From: the human T2T-CHM13v2.0 reference genome, Homo sapiens
Strand: one strand, 5' to 3'
DNA length: 64,000 nt
Assembly (NCBI RefSeq): GCF_009914755.1
Contig: NC_060928.1
Part shown: piece after piece, positions 1 to 11,558 of the stretch
How positions within the stretch are numbered: position 1 is the first letter of the stretch
Layout: every line of letters begins with the position of its first letter
The notes under the pieces: generated by a model
Told to the model about the DNA's origin: nothing
The model's database searches: none
Seen by the model: only the letters and a program-made list of their open reading frames with translations
Made by a program: the position numbers and the translations under genes

Positions 1-845
1 TCAGGAACTTCTTTGTGATGTTTGCATTGAAGTCACAGAATTGAACATTCACTTTGATAGAGCAGGTTTGAAACACTCATTCTGTAGTATCTGGAAGTGG
101 ACATTTCAAGCGCTTTCAGGCCTATGGTGAAAAAGGAAATATCTTCGAATAAAAACTAGACAGAAGCATCCTCAGAAACTTATTTGTGATGTGTGTCCTC
201 AACTAACAGAGTTGAAACTTTGTTTTGATACAGCATTTTGGAAACACTCCTTTTGTAGAATCTGCAGGTGGATATGTGGATAGCTCTGAAGATTTCGTTG
301 GAAACGGGAATTTCTTCATATAAAATCAAACAGAAGCATTCTCAGAAACTTCTCAGTGATGTTTGCATTCAGCTCATGGAGTTGAACACTTCCTTTCATA
401 GAGCCGGTTTGAAACACTCTTTCTGCACTACCTGGAAGAGGCCATTTCGAGCGCTTTGAGTCCTATGGTGAAAAAGGAAATATCTTCTCATAAAAACCAG
501 AAAGAAGCATTCTCAGAAACTTCTTTGTGTTGTGTGTACTCATGTAACAGTGTTGAACCATCCTTTTGACAGAGCAGTTTTGAAACACTCTTTTTGTAGA
601 ATCTGCAAGTGGATATTTGGATAGCTTTGAGGATTTCGTTGGAAACGGGATGACATATAATATCTAGAGAGAAGCATTCTCAGGAACTTCTTTGTGCTGT
701 TTGCATTCAAGTCACAGAATTGAACATTCCCTTTCATAGAGCAGATTTGAAACACTCTTTCTCTAGTATCTGGAAGTGGGCATTTCAAGCGCTTTCAGGC
801 CTATTGAGAGAAAGGAAATACCTTCAAATAAAAACTAGACAGAAG
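1..845 (+). repeat. Partial 6-mer variant HOR (m2, m3/m4 hybrid, m5, m6, m7)
   Basis: Carries the 6-mer diagnostic alleles (GAGGCCATTTC, TGTGCTGTTTG, GAGCAGATTTG, CCTATTGAGAG), and m7 joins directly to m1 at 846. Confidence 0.92.
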
Positions 846-971
846 CATTCTCAGAAACTTGTTTGTGATGTGTGTATTCAACTAACAGAGTTGAACTTTT
901 GTTTTTACAGAGCCGTTTTAAAACACTCTTTTTGTGGAATCAGAAAGTGGATATTCGGATGGCTCTGAGGA

Positions 972-988
972 TTTCGTTGGAAGCGGGA
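972..988 (+). promoter_or_regulatory. CENP-B box in m1 (representative; 8 intact boxes per canonical 19-mer)
   Basis: TTTCGTTGGAAGCGGGA matches NTTCGNNNNANNCGGGN. Other intact boxes in this HOR start at 1480, 1821, 2502, 2672, 3012, 3350 and 3692, and recur at the same offsets in the other copies. Confidence 0.93.
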
Positions 989-1309
989 TTACATATAAAA
1001 TCTAGAGAGAAGCATTCTCAGGAACTTCTTTGTGATGTTTGCATTGAAGTCACAGAATTGAACATTCACTTTGATAGAGCAGGTTTGAAACACTCATTCT
1101 GTAGTATCTGGAAGTGGACATTTCAAGCGCTTTCAGGCCTATGGTGAGAAAGGAAATATCTTCGAATAAAAACTAGACAGAAGCATCCTCAGAAACTTAT
1201 TTGTGATGTGTGTCCTCAACTAACAGAGTTGAAACTTTGTTTTGATACAGCATTTTGGAAACACTCTTTTTGTAGAATCTGCAGGTGGATATTTGGATAG
1301 CTTAGAGGG

Positions 1310-1326
1310 ATTCGTTGGAAAGGGGA
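1310..1326 (+). promoter_or_regulatory. Degenerate CENP-B box in m3 (also m8 at 2159 and m18 at 3862)
   Basis: m3 ATTCGTTGGAAAGGGGA, m8 TTTCGTTGGAAACCGGA and m18 TTTCGTTGGAAAAGGGA each break the essential CGGG. Confidence 0.88.
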
Positions 1327-1649
1327 TATCTTCATATAAAATCTAGACAGAAGCATTCTCAGAAACTTATTTGTGATGTGTGTCCTCAACTAACAGAGTT
1401 GAACCTTGGTTTTGATACAGCATTTTGGAAACACTCCTTTTGTAGAATCTGCAGGTGGATATGTGGATAGCTCTGAAGATTTCGTTGGAAACGGGAATTT
1501 CTTCATATAAAATCAAACAGAAGCATTCTCAGAAACTTCTCAGTGATGTTTGCATTCAGCTCATGGAGTTGAACACTTCCTTTCATAGAGCCGGTTTGAA
1601 ACACTCTTTCTGCACTACCTGGAAGAGGACATTTCGAGCGCTTTGAGTC

Positions 1650-1666
1650 CTATGGTGAAAAAGGAA
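1650..1666 (+). promoter_or_regulatory. pJalpha / A-box motif in m5 (representative; also m9, m16, m19)
   Basis: CTATGGTGAAAAAGGAA occupies the position homologous to the CENP-B box in A-type monomers. Variant versions occur in m2, m7, m12 and m14. Confidence 0.75.
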
Positions 1667-4077
1667 ATATCTTCTCATAAAAACCAGAAAGAAGCATTCT
1701 CAGAAACTTCTTTGTGTTGTGTGTACTCATGTAACAGTGTTGAACCATCCTTTTGACAGAGCAGTTTTGAAACACTCTTTTTGTAGAATCTGCAAGTGGA
1801 TATTTGGATAGCTTTGAGGATTTCGTTGGAAACGGGATGACATATAATATCTAGAGAGAAGCATTCTCAGGAACTTCTTTGTGATGTTTGCATTCAAGTC
1901 ACAGAATTGAACATTCCCTTTCATAGAGCAGGTTTGAAACACTCTTTCTCTAGTATCTGGAAGTGGGCATTTCAAGCGCTTTCAGGCCTATGGAGAGAAA
2001 GGAAATACCTTCAAATAAAAACTAGACAGAAGCATTCTCAGAAACTTATTTGTGATGTGTGTCCTCAACTAACAGAGTTGAACCTTTGTTTTGATACAGC
2101 ATTTTGGAAACACTCCTTTTGTAGAATCTGCAGGTGGATATTTGGATAACTTTGAAGATTTCGTTGGAAACCGGAATATCTTCATATAAAATCAAGACAG
2201 AAGCATTCTCGGAAACATCTCTGTGATGTTTGCATTCAACTCAGTAGAGTTGAACACTTCCTTTCATAGAGCAGGTTTGAAACACTCTTTCTGCACTACC
2301 TGGAAGCGGACATTTCGAGCGCTTTGAGGCCTATGGTGAAAAAGGAAATATCTTCTCATAAAAACCAGAAAGAAGCATTCTCAGAAACTTCTTTGTGTTG
2401 TGTGTACTCAAGTAACAGTGTTGAACCTTCCTGTTGACACAGCAGTTTTGAAACACTCTTTTGGTAGAATCTGCAAGTGGATATTTGGATAGCTTTGAGG
2501 ATTTCGTTGGAAACGGGTTATCTTCATATAAAATCCAGACAGGAGCATTCTCAGAAACTTCTTTGTGCTGCATGTCCTCAATTCACAGAGCTGAACCTTT
2601 GTTTGGATACAGCATTTTGGAAACATTCCTTTAGTAGAATCTGCAAGTTGATATTTAGATAGCTTTGAAGATTTCGTTGGAAACGGGAATATCTTCATAG
2701 AAAATCTAGACGGAAGCATTCTCAGAAACTGCTTTGTGATGTTTGCATTCAAGTCACAGAGTTGAATATTCCCTTTTATAGAGTAGGTTTGAAACACTCT
2801 TTCGGCACTACCTGGAAGTGGATATTTCGAGCTCTTTGAGGCCTATGGTTAAAAGGAAATATCTTCCCATAAAAACTAGACAGAAGCCGTCTCAGAAACT
2901 TGTTTGTGATGTGTGTATTCAACTAACAGAGTTGAACATTTCTGTTACAGAGCAATTTTAAAACACTCTTTTTGTGGAATCTGAAAGTGGATAATTGGAT
3001 AGCTTTGTGGATTTCGTTGGAAACGGGATGACGTATAAAATCTAGAGAGAAGCATTCTCAGGAACTTCTTTCTGATGTTTGCATTCAAGTCACAGAATTG
3101 AACATTCCTTTTCATAGTGCAGGTTTGAAACACTCTTTCTGTAGTATCTGGAAGTGGACATTTCAAGCGCTTTCAGGCCTACGGGGAGAAAGGAAATATC
3201 TTCAAATAAAAACTAGACAGAAGGATTCTCAGAAACTTATTTGTGATGTGTGTCCTAAACGAACACAGTTGAACCTTTGTTTAGATACAGCATTTTGGAA
3301 ACACTCCTTTTGTAGGATCTGCAGGTGGATATTTGGATAGATTTTAAGATTTCGTTGGAAACGGGAGTTTCTTCATAGAAACTCAAGACAGATGCATTCT
3401 CAGAAACATCTCTGTGATGTTTGCATTCCACTCATAGAGTTGAAAACTTCCTTTCATAGAGCAGGTTTGAAACACTCTTTTTGTAATATTTGGAAGTGGA
3501 CATTTGCAGCGCTTTGAGGCCTATGGTGAAAAAGGAAATATCTTCTCATAAAAACCAGAAACAAGCATTCTCAGAAACTTCTTTTTGATGTGTGTACTCA
3601 AGTAACAGAGTTGAACCTTCCTTTTGACACAGCAGTTTTGAAACAATCTTTTTGTAGAATCTGCAAGTGGATATTTGGATAGCTTTGAGGATTTCGTTGG
3701 AAACGGGATATCTTCATATAAAATCTAGACAGAAGCATTCTCAGAAACTTCTTTGTGCTGTATGTCCTCAATTAACAGAGTTGAACCATTGCTTGGATAC
3801 AGCATTTTGGAAACATTCCTTTAGTAGAATCTGCAAGTTGATATTGAGATAGATTTGAAGATTTCGTTGGAAAAGGGAATATCTCCATATAAAATCTAGA
3901 CGGAAGCATTCTCAGAAACTGCTTTGTGATGTTTCCATTCAAGTCACAGAGTTGAATATTCCCTTTTATAGAGCACGTTTGAAACACTCTTTCTGCACTA
4001 TCTGGAAGTGGACATTTCGAGCGCTTTGAGGCCTATGGTGAAAAAGGAAATATCTTCCCATAAAAATTAGACAGAAG

Positions 4078-5094
4078 CATTCTCAGAAACTTGTTTGTGA
4101 TGTGTGTATTCAACTAACAGAGTTGAACTTTTGTTTTTACAGAGCCGTTTTAAAACACTCTTTTTGTGGAATCAGAAAGTGGATATTCGGATGGCTCTGA
4201 GGATTTCGTTGGAAGCGGGATTACATATAAAATCTAGAGAGAAGCATTCTCAGGAACTTCTTTGTGATGTTTGCATTGAAGTCACAGAATTGAACATTCA
4301 CTTTGATAGAGCAGGTTTGAAACACTCATTCTGTAGTATCTGGAAGTGGACATTTCAAGCGCTTTCAGGCCTATGGTGAAAAAGGAAATATCTTCGAATA
4401 AAAACTAGACAGAAGCATCCTCAGAAACTTATTTGTGATGTGTGTCCTCAACTAACAGAGTTGAAACTTTGTTTTGATACAGCATTTTGGAAACACTCCT
4501 TTTGTAGAATCTGCAGGTGGATATGTGGATAGCTCTGAAGATTTCGTTGGAAACGGGAATTTCTTCATATAAAATCAAACAGAAGCATTCTCAGAAACTT
4601 CTCAGTGATGTTTGCATTCAGCTCATGGAGTTGAACACTTCCTTTCATAGAGCCGGTTTGAAACACTCTTTCTGCACTACCTGGAAGAGGCCATTTCGAG
4701 CGCTTTGAGTCCTATGGTGAAAAAGGAAATATCTTCTCATAAAAACCAGAAAGAAGCATTCTCAGAAACTTCTTTGTGTTGTGTGTACTCATGTAACAGT
4801 GTTGAACCATCCTTTTGACAGAGCAGTTTTGAAACACTCTTTTTGTAGAATCTGCAAGTGGATATTTGGATAGCTTTGAGGATTTCGTTGGAAACGGGAT
4901 GACATATAATATCTAGAGAGAAGCATTCTCAGGAACTTCTTTGTGCTGTTTGCATTCAAGTCACAGAATTGAACATTCCCTTTCATAGAGCAGATTTGAA
5001 ACACTCTTTCTCTAGTATCTGGAAGTGGGCATTTCAAGCGCTTTCAGGCCTATTGAGAGAAAGGAAATACCTTCAAATAAAAACTAGACAGAAG
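4078..5094 (+). repeat. 6-mer variant HOR, 1017 bp (m1, m2, m3/m4 hybrid, m5, m6, m7)
   Basis: m1 anchors are 1017 bp apart (ORF starts 4104 and 5121). Monomer lengths 167+171+170+171+167+171 sum to 1017. Confidence 0.94.
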
Positions 5095-8000
5095 CATTCT
5101 CAGAAACTTGTTTGTGATGTGTGTATTCAACTAACAGAGTTGAACTTTTGTTTTTACAGAGCCGTTTTAAAACACTCTTTTTGTGGAATCAGAAAGTGGA
5201 TATTCGGATGGCTCTGAGGATTTCGTTGGAAGCGGGATTACATATAAAATCTAGAGAGAAGCATTCTCAGGAACTTCTTTGTGATGTTTGCATTGAAGTC
5301 ACAGAATTGAACATTCTCTTTGATAGAGCAGGTTTGAAACACTCATTCTGTAGTATCTGGAAGTGGACATTTCAAGCGCTTTCAGGCCTATGGTGAGAAA
5401 GGAAATATCTTCGAATAAAAACTAGACAGAAGCATCCTCAGAAACTTATTTGTGATGTGTGTCCTCAACTAACAGAGTTGAAACTTTGTTTTGATACAGC
5501 ATTTTGGAAACACTCTTTTTGTAGAATCTGCAGGTGGATATTTGGATAGCTTAGAGGGATTCGTTGGAAAGGGGATATCTTCATATAAAATCTAGACAGA
5601 AGCATTCTCAGAAACTTATTTGTGATGTGTGTCCTCAACTAACAGAGTTGAACCTTGGTTTTGATACAGCATTTTGGAAACACTCCTTTTGTAGAATCTG
5701 CAGGTGGATATGTGGATAGCTCTGAAGATTTCGTTGGAAACGGGAATTTCTTCATATAAAATCAAACAGAAGCATTCTCAGAAACTTCTCAGTGATGTTT
5801 GCATTCAGCTCATGGAGTTGAACACTTCCTTTCATAGAGCCGGTTTGAAACACTCTTTCTGCACTACCTGGAAGAGGACATTTCGAGCGCTTTGAGTCCT
5901 ATGGTGAAAAAGGAAATATCTTCTCATAAAAACCAGAAAGAAGCATTCTCAGAAACTTCTTTGTGTTGTGTGTACTCATGTAACAGTGTTGAACCATCCT
6001 TTTGACAGAGCAGTTTTGAAACACTCTTTTTGTAGAATCTGCAAGTGGATATTTGGATAGCTTTGAGGATTTCGTTGGAAACGGGATGACATATAATATC
6101 TAGAGAGAAGCATACTCAGGAACTTCTTTGTGATGTTTGCATTCAAGTCACAGAATTGAACATTCCCTTTCATAGAGCAGGTTTGAAACACTCTTTCTCT
6201 AGTATCTGGAAGTGGGCATTTCAAGCGCTTTCAGGCCTATGGAGAGAAAGGAAATACCTTCAAATAAAAACTAGACAGAAGCATTCTCAGAAACTTATTT
6301 GTGATGTGTGTCCTCAACTAACAGAGTTGAACCTTTGTTTTGATACAGCATTTTGGAAACACTCCTTTTGTAGAATCTGCAGGTGGATATTTGGATAACT
6401 TTGAAGATTTCGTTGGAAACCGGAATATCTTCATATAAAATCAAGACAGAAGCATTCTCGGAAACATCTCTGTGATGTTTGCATTCAACTCAGTAGAGTT
6501 GAACACTTCCTTTCATAGAGCAGGTTTGAAACACTCTTTCTGCACTACCTGGAAGCGGACATTTCGAGCGCTTTGAGGCCTATGGTGAAAAAGGAAATAT
6601 CTTCTCATAAAAACCAGAAAGAAGCATTCTCAGAAACTTCTTTGTGTTGTGTGTACTCAAGTAACAGTGTTGAACCTTCCTTTTGACACAGCAGTTTTGA
6701 AACACTCTTTTGGTAGAATCTGCAAGTGGATATTTGGATAGCTTTGAGGATTTCGTTGGAAACGGGTTATCTTCATATAAAATCCAGACAGGAGCATTCT
6801 CAGAAACTTCTTTGTGCTGCATGTCCTCAATTCACAGAGCTGAACCTTTGTTTGGATACAGCATTTTGGAAACATTCCTTTAGTAGAATCTGCAAGTTGA
6901 TATTTAGATAGCTTTGAAGATTTCGTTGGAAACGGGAATATCTTCATAGAAAATCTAGACGGAAGCATTCTCAGAAACTGCTTTGTGATGTTTGCATTCA
7001 AGTCACAGAGTTGAATATTCCCTTTTATAGAGTAGGTTTGAAACACTCTTTTGGCACTACCTGGAAGTGGATATTTCGAGCTCTTTGAGGCCTATGGTTA
7101 AAAGGAAATATCTTCCCATAAAAACTAGACAGAAGCCGTCTCAGAAACTTGTTTGTGATGTGTGTATTCAACTAACAGAGTTGAACATTTCTGTTACAGA
7201 GCAATTTTAAAACACTCTTTTTGTGGAATCTGAAAGTGGATAATTGGATAGCTTTGTGGATTTCGTTGGAAACGGGATGACGTATAAAATCTAGAGAGAA
7301 GCATTCTCAGGAACTTCTTTGTGATGTTTGCATTCAAGTCACAGAATTGAACATTCCCTTTCATAGAGCAGGTTTGAAACACTCTTTCTCTAGTATCTGG
7401 AAGTGGGCATTTCAAGCGCTTTCAGGCCTATGGAGAGAAAGGAAATACCTTCAAATAAAAACTAGACAGAAGCATTCTCAGAAACTTATTTGTGATGTGT
7501 GTCCTCAACTAACAGAGTTGAACCTTTGTTTTGATACAGCATTTTGGAAACACTCCTTTTGTAGGATCTGCAGGTGGATATTTGGATAGATTTTAAGATT
7601 TCGTTGGAAACGGGAGTTTCTTCATAGAAACTCAAGACAGATGCATTCTCAGAAACATCTCTGTGATGTTTGCATTCCACTCATAGATTTGAAAACTTCC
7701 TTTCATAGAGCAGGTTTGAAACACTCTTTTTGTAATATTTGGAAGTGGACATTTGCAGCGCTTTGAGGCCTATGGTGAAAAAGGAAATATCTTCTCATAA
7801 AAACCAGAAACAAGCATTCTCAGAAACTTCTTTTTGATGTGTGTACTCAAGTAACAGAGTTGAACCTTCCTTTTGACACAGCAGTTTTGAAACAATCTTT
7901 TTGTAGAATCTGCAAGTGGATATTTGGATAGCTTTGAGGATTTCGTTGGAAACGGGATATCTTCATATAAAATCTAGACAGAAGCATTCTCAGAAACTTC

Positions 8001-11000
8001 TTTGTGCTGTATGTCCTCAATTAACAGAGTTGAACCATTGCTTGGATACAGCATTTTGGAAACATTCCTTGAGTAGAATCTGCAAGTTGATATTTAGATA
8101 GATTTGAAGATTTCGTTGGAAAAGGGAATATCTCCATATAAAATCTAGAGGGAAGCATTCTCAGAAACTGCTCTGTGATGTTTCCATTCAAGTCACAGAG
8201 TTGAATATTCCCTTTTATAGAGCACGTTTGAAACACTCTTTCTGCACTATCTGGAAGTGGACATTTCGAGCGCTTTGAGGCCTATGGTGAAAAAGGAAAT
8301 ATCTTCCCATAAAAACCAGACAGAAGCATTCTCAGAAACTTGTTTGTGATGTGTGTATTCAACTAACAGAGTTGAACTTTTGTTTTTACAGAGCCGTTTT
8401 AAAACACTCTTTTTGTGGAATCAGAAAGTGGATATTCGGATGGCTCTGAGGATTTCGTTGGAAGCGGGATTACATATAAAATCTAGAGAGAAGCATTCTC
8501 AGGAACTTCTTTGTGATGTTTGCATTGAAGTCACAGAATTGAACATTCACTTTGATAGAGCAGGTTTGAAACACTCATTCTGTAGTATCTGGAAGTGGAC
8601 ATTTCAAGCGCTTTCAGGCCTATGGTGAGAAAGGAAATATCTTCGAATAAAAACTAGACAGAAGCATCCTCAGAAACTTATTTGTGATGTGTGTCCTCAA
8701 CTAACAGAGTTGAAACTTTGTTTTGATACAGCATTTTGGAAACACTCTTTTTGTAGAATCTGCAGGTGGATATTTGGATAGCTTAGAGGGATTCGTTGGA
8801 AAGGGGATATCTTCATATAAAATCTAGACAGAAGCATTCTCAGAAACTTATTTGTGATGTGTGTCCTCAACTAACAGAGTTGAACCTTGGTTTTGATACA
8901 GCATTTTGGAAACACTCCTTTTGTAGAATCTGCAGGTGGATATGTGGATAGCTCTGAAGATTTCGTTGGAAACGGGAATTTCTTCATATAAAATCAAACA
9001 GAAGCATTCTCAGAAACTTCTCAGTGATGTTTGCATTCAGCTCATGGAGTTGAACACTTCCTTTCATAGAGCCGGTTTGAAACACTCTTTCTGCACTACC
9101 TGGAAGAGGACATTTCGAGCGCTTTGAGTCCTATGGTGAAAAAGGAAATATCTTCTCATAAAAACCAGAAAGAAGCATTCTCAGAAACTTCTTTGTGTTG
9201 TGTGTACTCATGTAACAGTGTTGAACCATCCTTTTGACAGAGCAGTTTTGAAACACTCTTTTTGTAGAATCTGCAAGTGGATATTTGGATAGCTTTGAGG
9301 ATTTCGTTGGAAACGGGATGACATATAATATCTAGAGAGAAGCATTCTCAGGAACTTCTTTGTGATGTTTGCATTCAAGTCACAGAATTGAACATTCCCT
9401 TTCATAGAGCAGGTTTGAAACACTCTTTCTCTAGTATCTGGAAGTGGGCATTTCAAGCGCTTTCAGGCCTATGGAGAGAAAGGAAATACCTTCAAATAAA
9501 AACTAGACAGAAGCATTCTCAGAAACTTATTTGTGATGTGTGTCCTCAACTAACAGAGTTGAACCTTTGTTTTGATACAGCATTTTGGAAACACTCCTTT
9601 TGTAGAATCTGCAGGTGGATATTTGGATAACTTTGAAGATTTCGTTGGAAACCGGAATATCTTCATATAAAATCAAGACAGAAGCATTCTCGGAAACATC
9701 TCTGTGATGTTTGCATTCAACTCAGTAGAGTTGAACACTTCCTTTCATAGAGCCGGTTTGAAACACTCTTTCTGCACTACCTGGAAGCGGACATTTCGAG
9801 CGCTTTGATGCCTATGGTGAAAAAGGAAATATCTTCTCATAAAAACCAGAAAGAAGCATTCTCAGAAACTTCTTTGTGTTGTGTGTACTCAAGTAACAGT
9901 GTTGAACCTTCCTTTTGACACAGCAGTTTTGAAACACTCTTTTGGTAGAATCTGCAAGTGGATATTTGGATAGCTTTGAGGATTTCGTTGGAAACGGGTT
10001 ATCTTCATATAAAATCCAGACAGGAGCATTCTCAGAAACTTCTTTGTGCTGCATGTCCTCAATTCACAGAGCTGAACCTTTGTTTGGATACAGCATTTTG
10101 GAAACATTCCTTTAGTAGAATCTGCAAGTTGATATTTAGATAGCTTTGAAGATTTCGTTGGAAACGGGAATATCTTCATAGAAAATCTAGACGGAAGCAT
10201 TCTCAGAAACTGCTTTGTGATGTTTGCATTCAAGTCACAGAGTTGAATATTCCCTTTTATAGAGTAGGTTTGAAACACTCTTTCGGCACTACCTGGAAGT
10301 GGATATTTCGAGCTCTTTGAGGCCTATGGTTAAAAGGAAATATCTTCCCATAAAAACTAGACAGAAGCCGTCTCAGAAACTTGTTTGTGATGTGTGTATT
10401 CAACTAACAGAGTTGAACATTTCTGTTACAGAGCAATTTTAAAACACTCTTTTTGTGGAATCTGAAAGTGGATAATTGGATAGCTTTGTGGATTTCGTTG
10501 GAAACGGGATGACGTATAAAATCTAGAGAGAAGCATTCTCAGGAACTTCTTTCTGATGTTTGCATTCAAGTCACAGAATTGAACATTCCTTTTCATAGTG
10601 CAGGTTTGAAACACTCTTTCTGTAGTATCTGGAAGTGGACATTTCAAGCGCTTTCAGGCCTACGGGGAGAAAGGAAATATCTTCAAATAAAAACTAGACA
10701 GAAGGATTCTCAGAAACTTATTTGTGATGTGTGTCCTAAACGAACACAGTTGAACCTTTGTTTTGATACAGCATTTTGGAAACACTCCTTTTGTAGGATC
10801 TGCAGGTGGATATTTGGATAGATTTTAAGATTTCGTTGGAAACGGGAGTTTCTTCATAGAAACTCAAGACAGATGCATTCTCAGAAACATCTCTGTGATG
10901 TTTGCATTCCACTCATAGAGTTGAAAACTTCCTTTCATAGAGCAGGTTTGAAACACTCTTTTTGTAATATTTGGAAGTGGACATTTGCAGCGCTTTGAGG

Positions 11001-11558
11001 CCTATGGTGAAAAAGGAAATATCTTCTCATAAAAACCAGAAACAAGCATTCTCAGAAACTTCTTTTTGATGTGTGTACTCAAGTAACAGAGTTGAACCTT
11101 CCTTTTGACACAGCAGTTTTGAAACAATCTTTTTGTAGAATCTGCAAGTGGATATTTGGATAGCTTTGAGGATTTCGTTGGAAACGGGATATCTTCATAT
11201 AAAATCTAGACAGAAGCATTCTCAGAAACTTCTTTGTGCTGTATGTCCTCAATTAACAGAGTTGAACCATTGCTTGGATACAGCATTTTGGAAACATTCC
11301 TTTAGTAGAATCTGCAAGTTGATATTGAGATAGATTTGAAGATTTCGTTGGAAAAGGGAATATCTCCATATAAAATCTAGACGGAAGCATTCTCAGAAAC
11401 TGCTTTGTGATGTTTCCATTCAAGTCACAGAGTTGAATATTCCCTTTTATAGAGCACGTTTGAAACACTCTTTCTGCACTATCTGGAAGTGGACATTTCG
11501 AGCGCTTTGAGGCCTATGGTGAAAAAGGAAATATCTTCCCATAAAAATTAGACAGAAG
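5095..11558 (+). repeat. Two 19-mer HORs (5095-8326, 8327-11558); the first carries an m7/m8-derived conversion tract
   Basis: 3232-bp spacing of anchors 5121, 8353 and 11585. Confidence 0.94.

Larger units (their letters stand above)
846..4077 (+). repeat. Canonical 19-mer HOR, 3232 bp (reference copy)
   Basis: Monomer starts at 846, 1013, 1184, 1354, 1524, 1695, 1862, 2033, 2204, 2376, 2546, 2717, 2887, 3053, 3224, 3395, 3566, 3736 and 3907. Type order is B A b B A B A b A B B A B A B A B b A (b = degenerate CENP-B box). Confidence 0.95.

Noticed and set aside
105-118. Short palindromes such as AAGCGCTT, AGGCCT and TCTAGA as possible hairpins or terminators
   Set aside because: They are ordinary short dyads in the alpha satellite consensus with no specific evidence of function here.
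8165-8180. Rare allele CTGCTCTGTG shared between m19 at ~8173 and ~61745
   Set aside because: A single shared SNP could be recurrent mutation or templated from m9/m16; it is insufficient to infer a long-range duplication.
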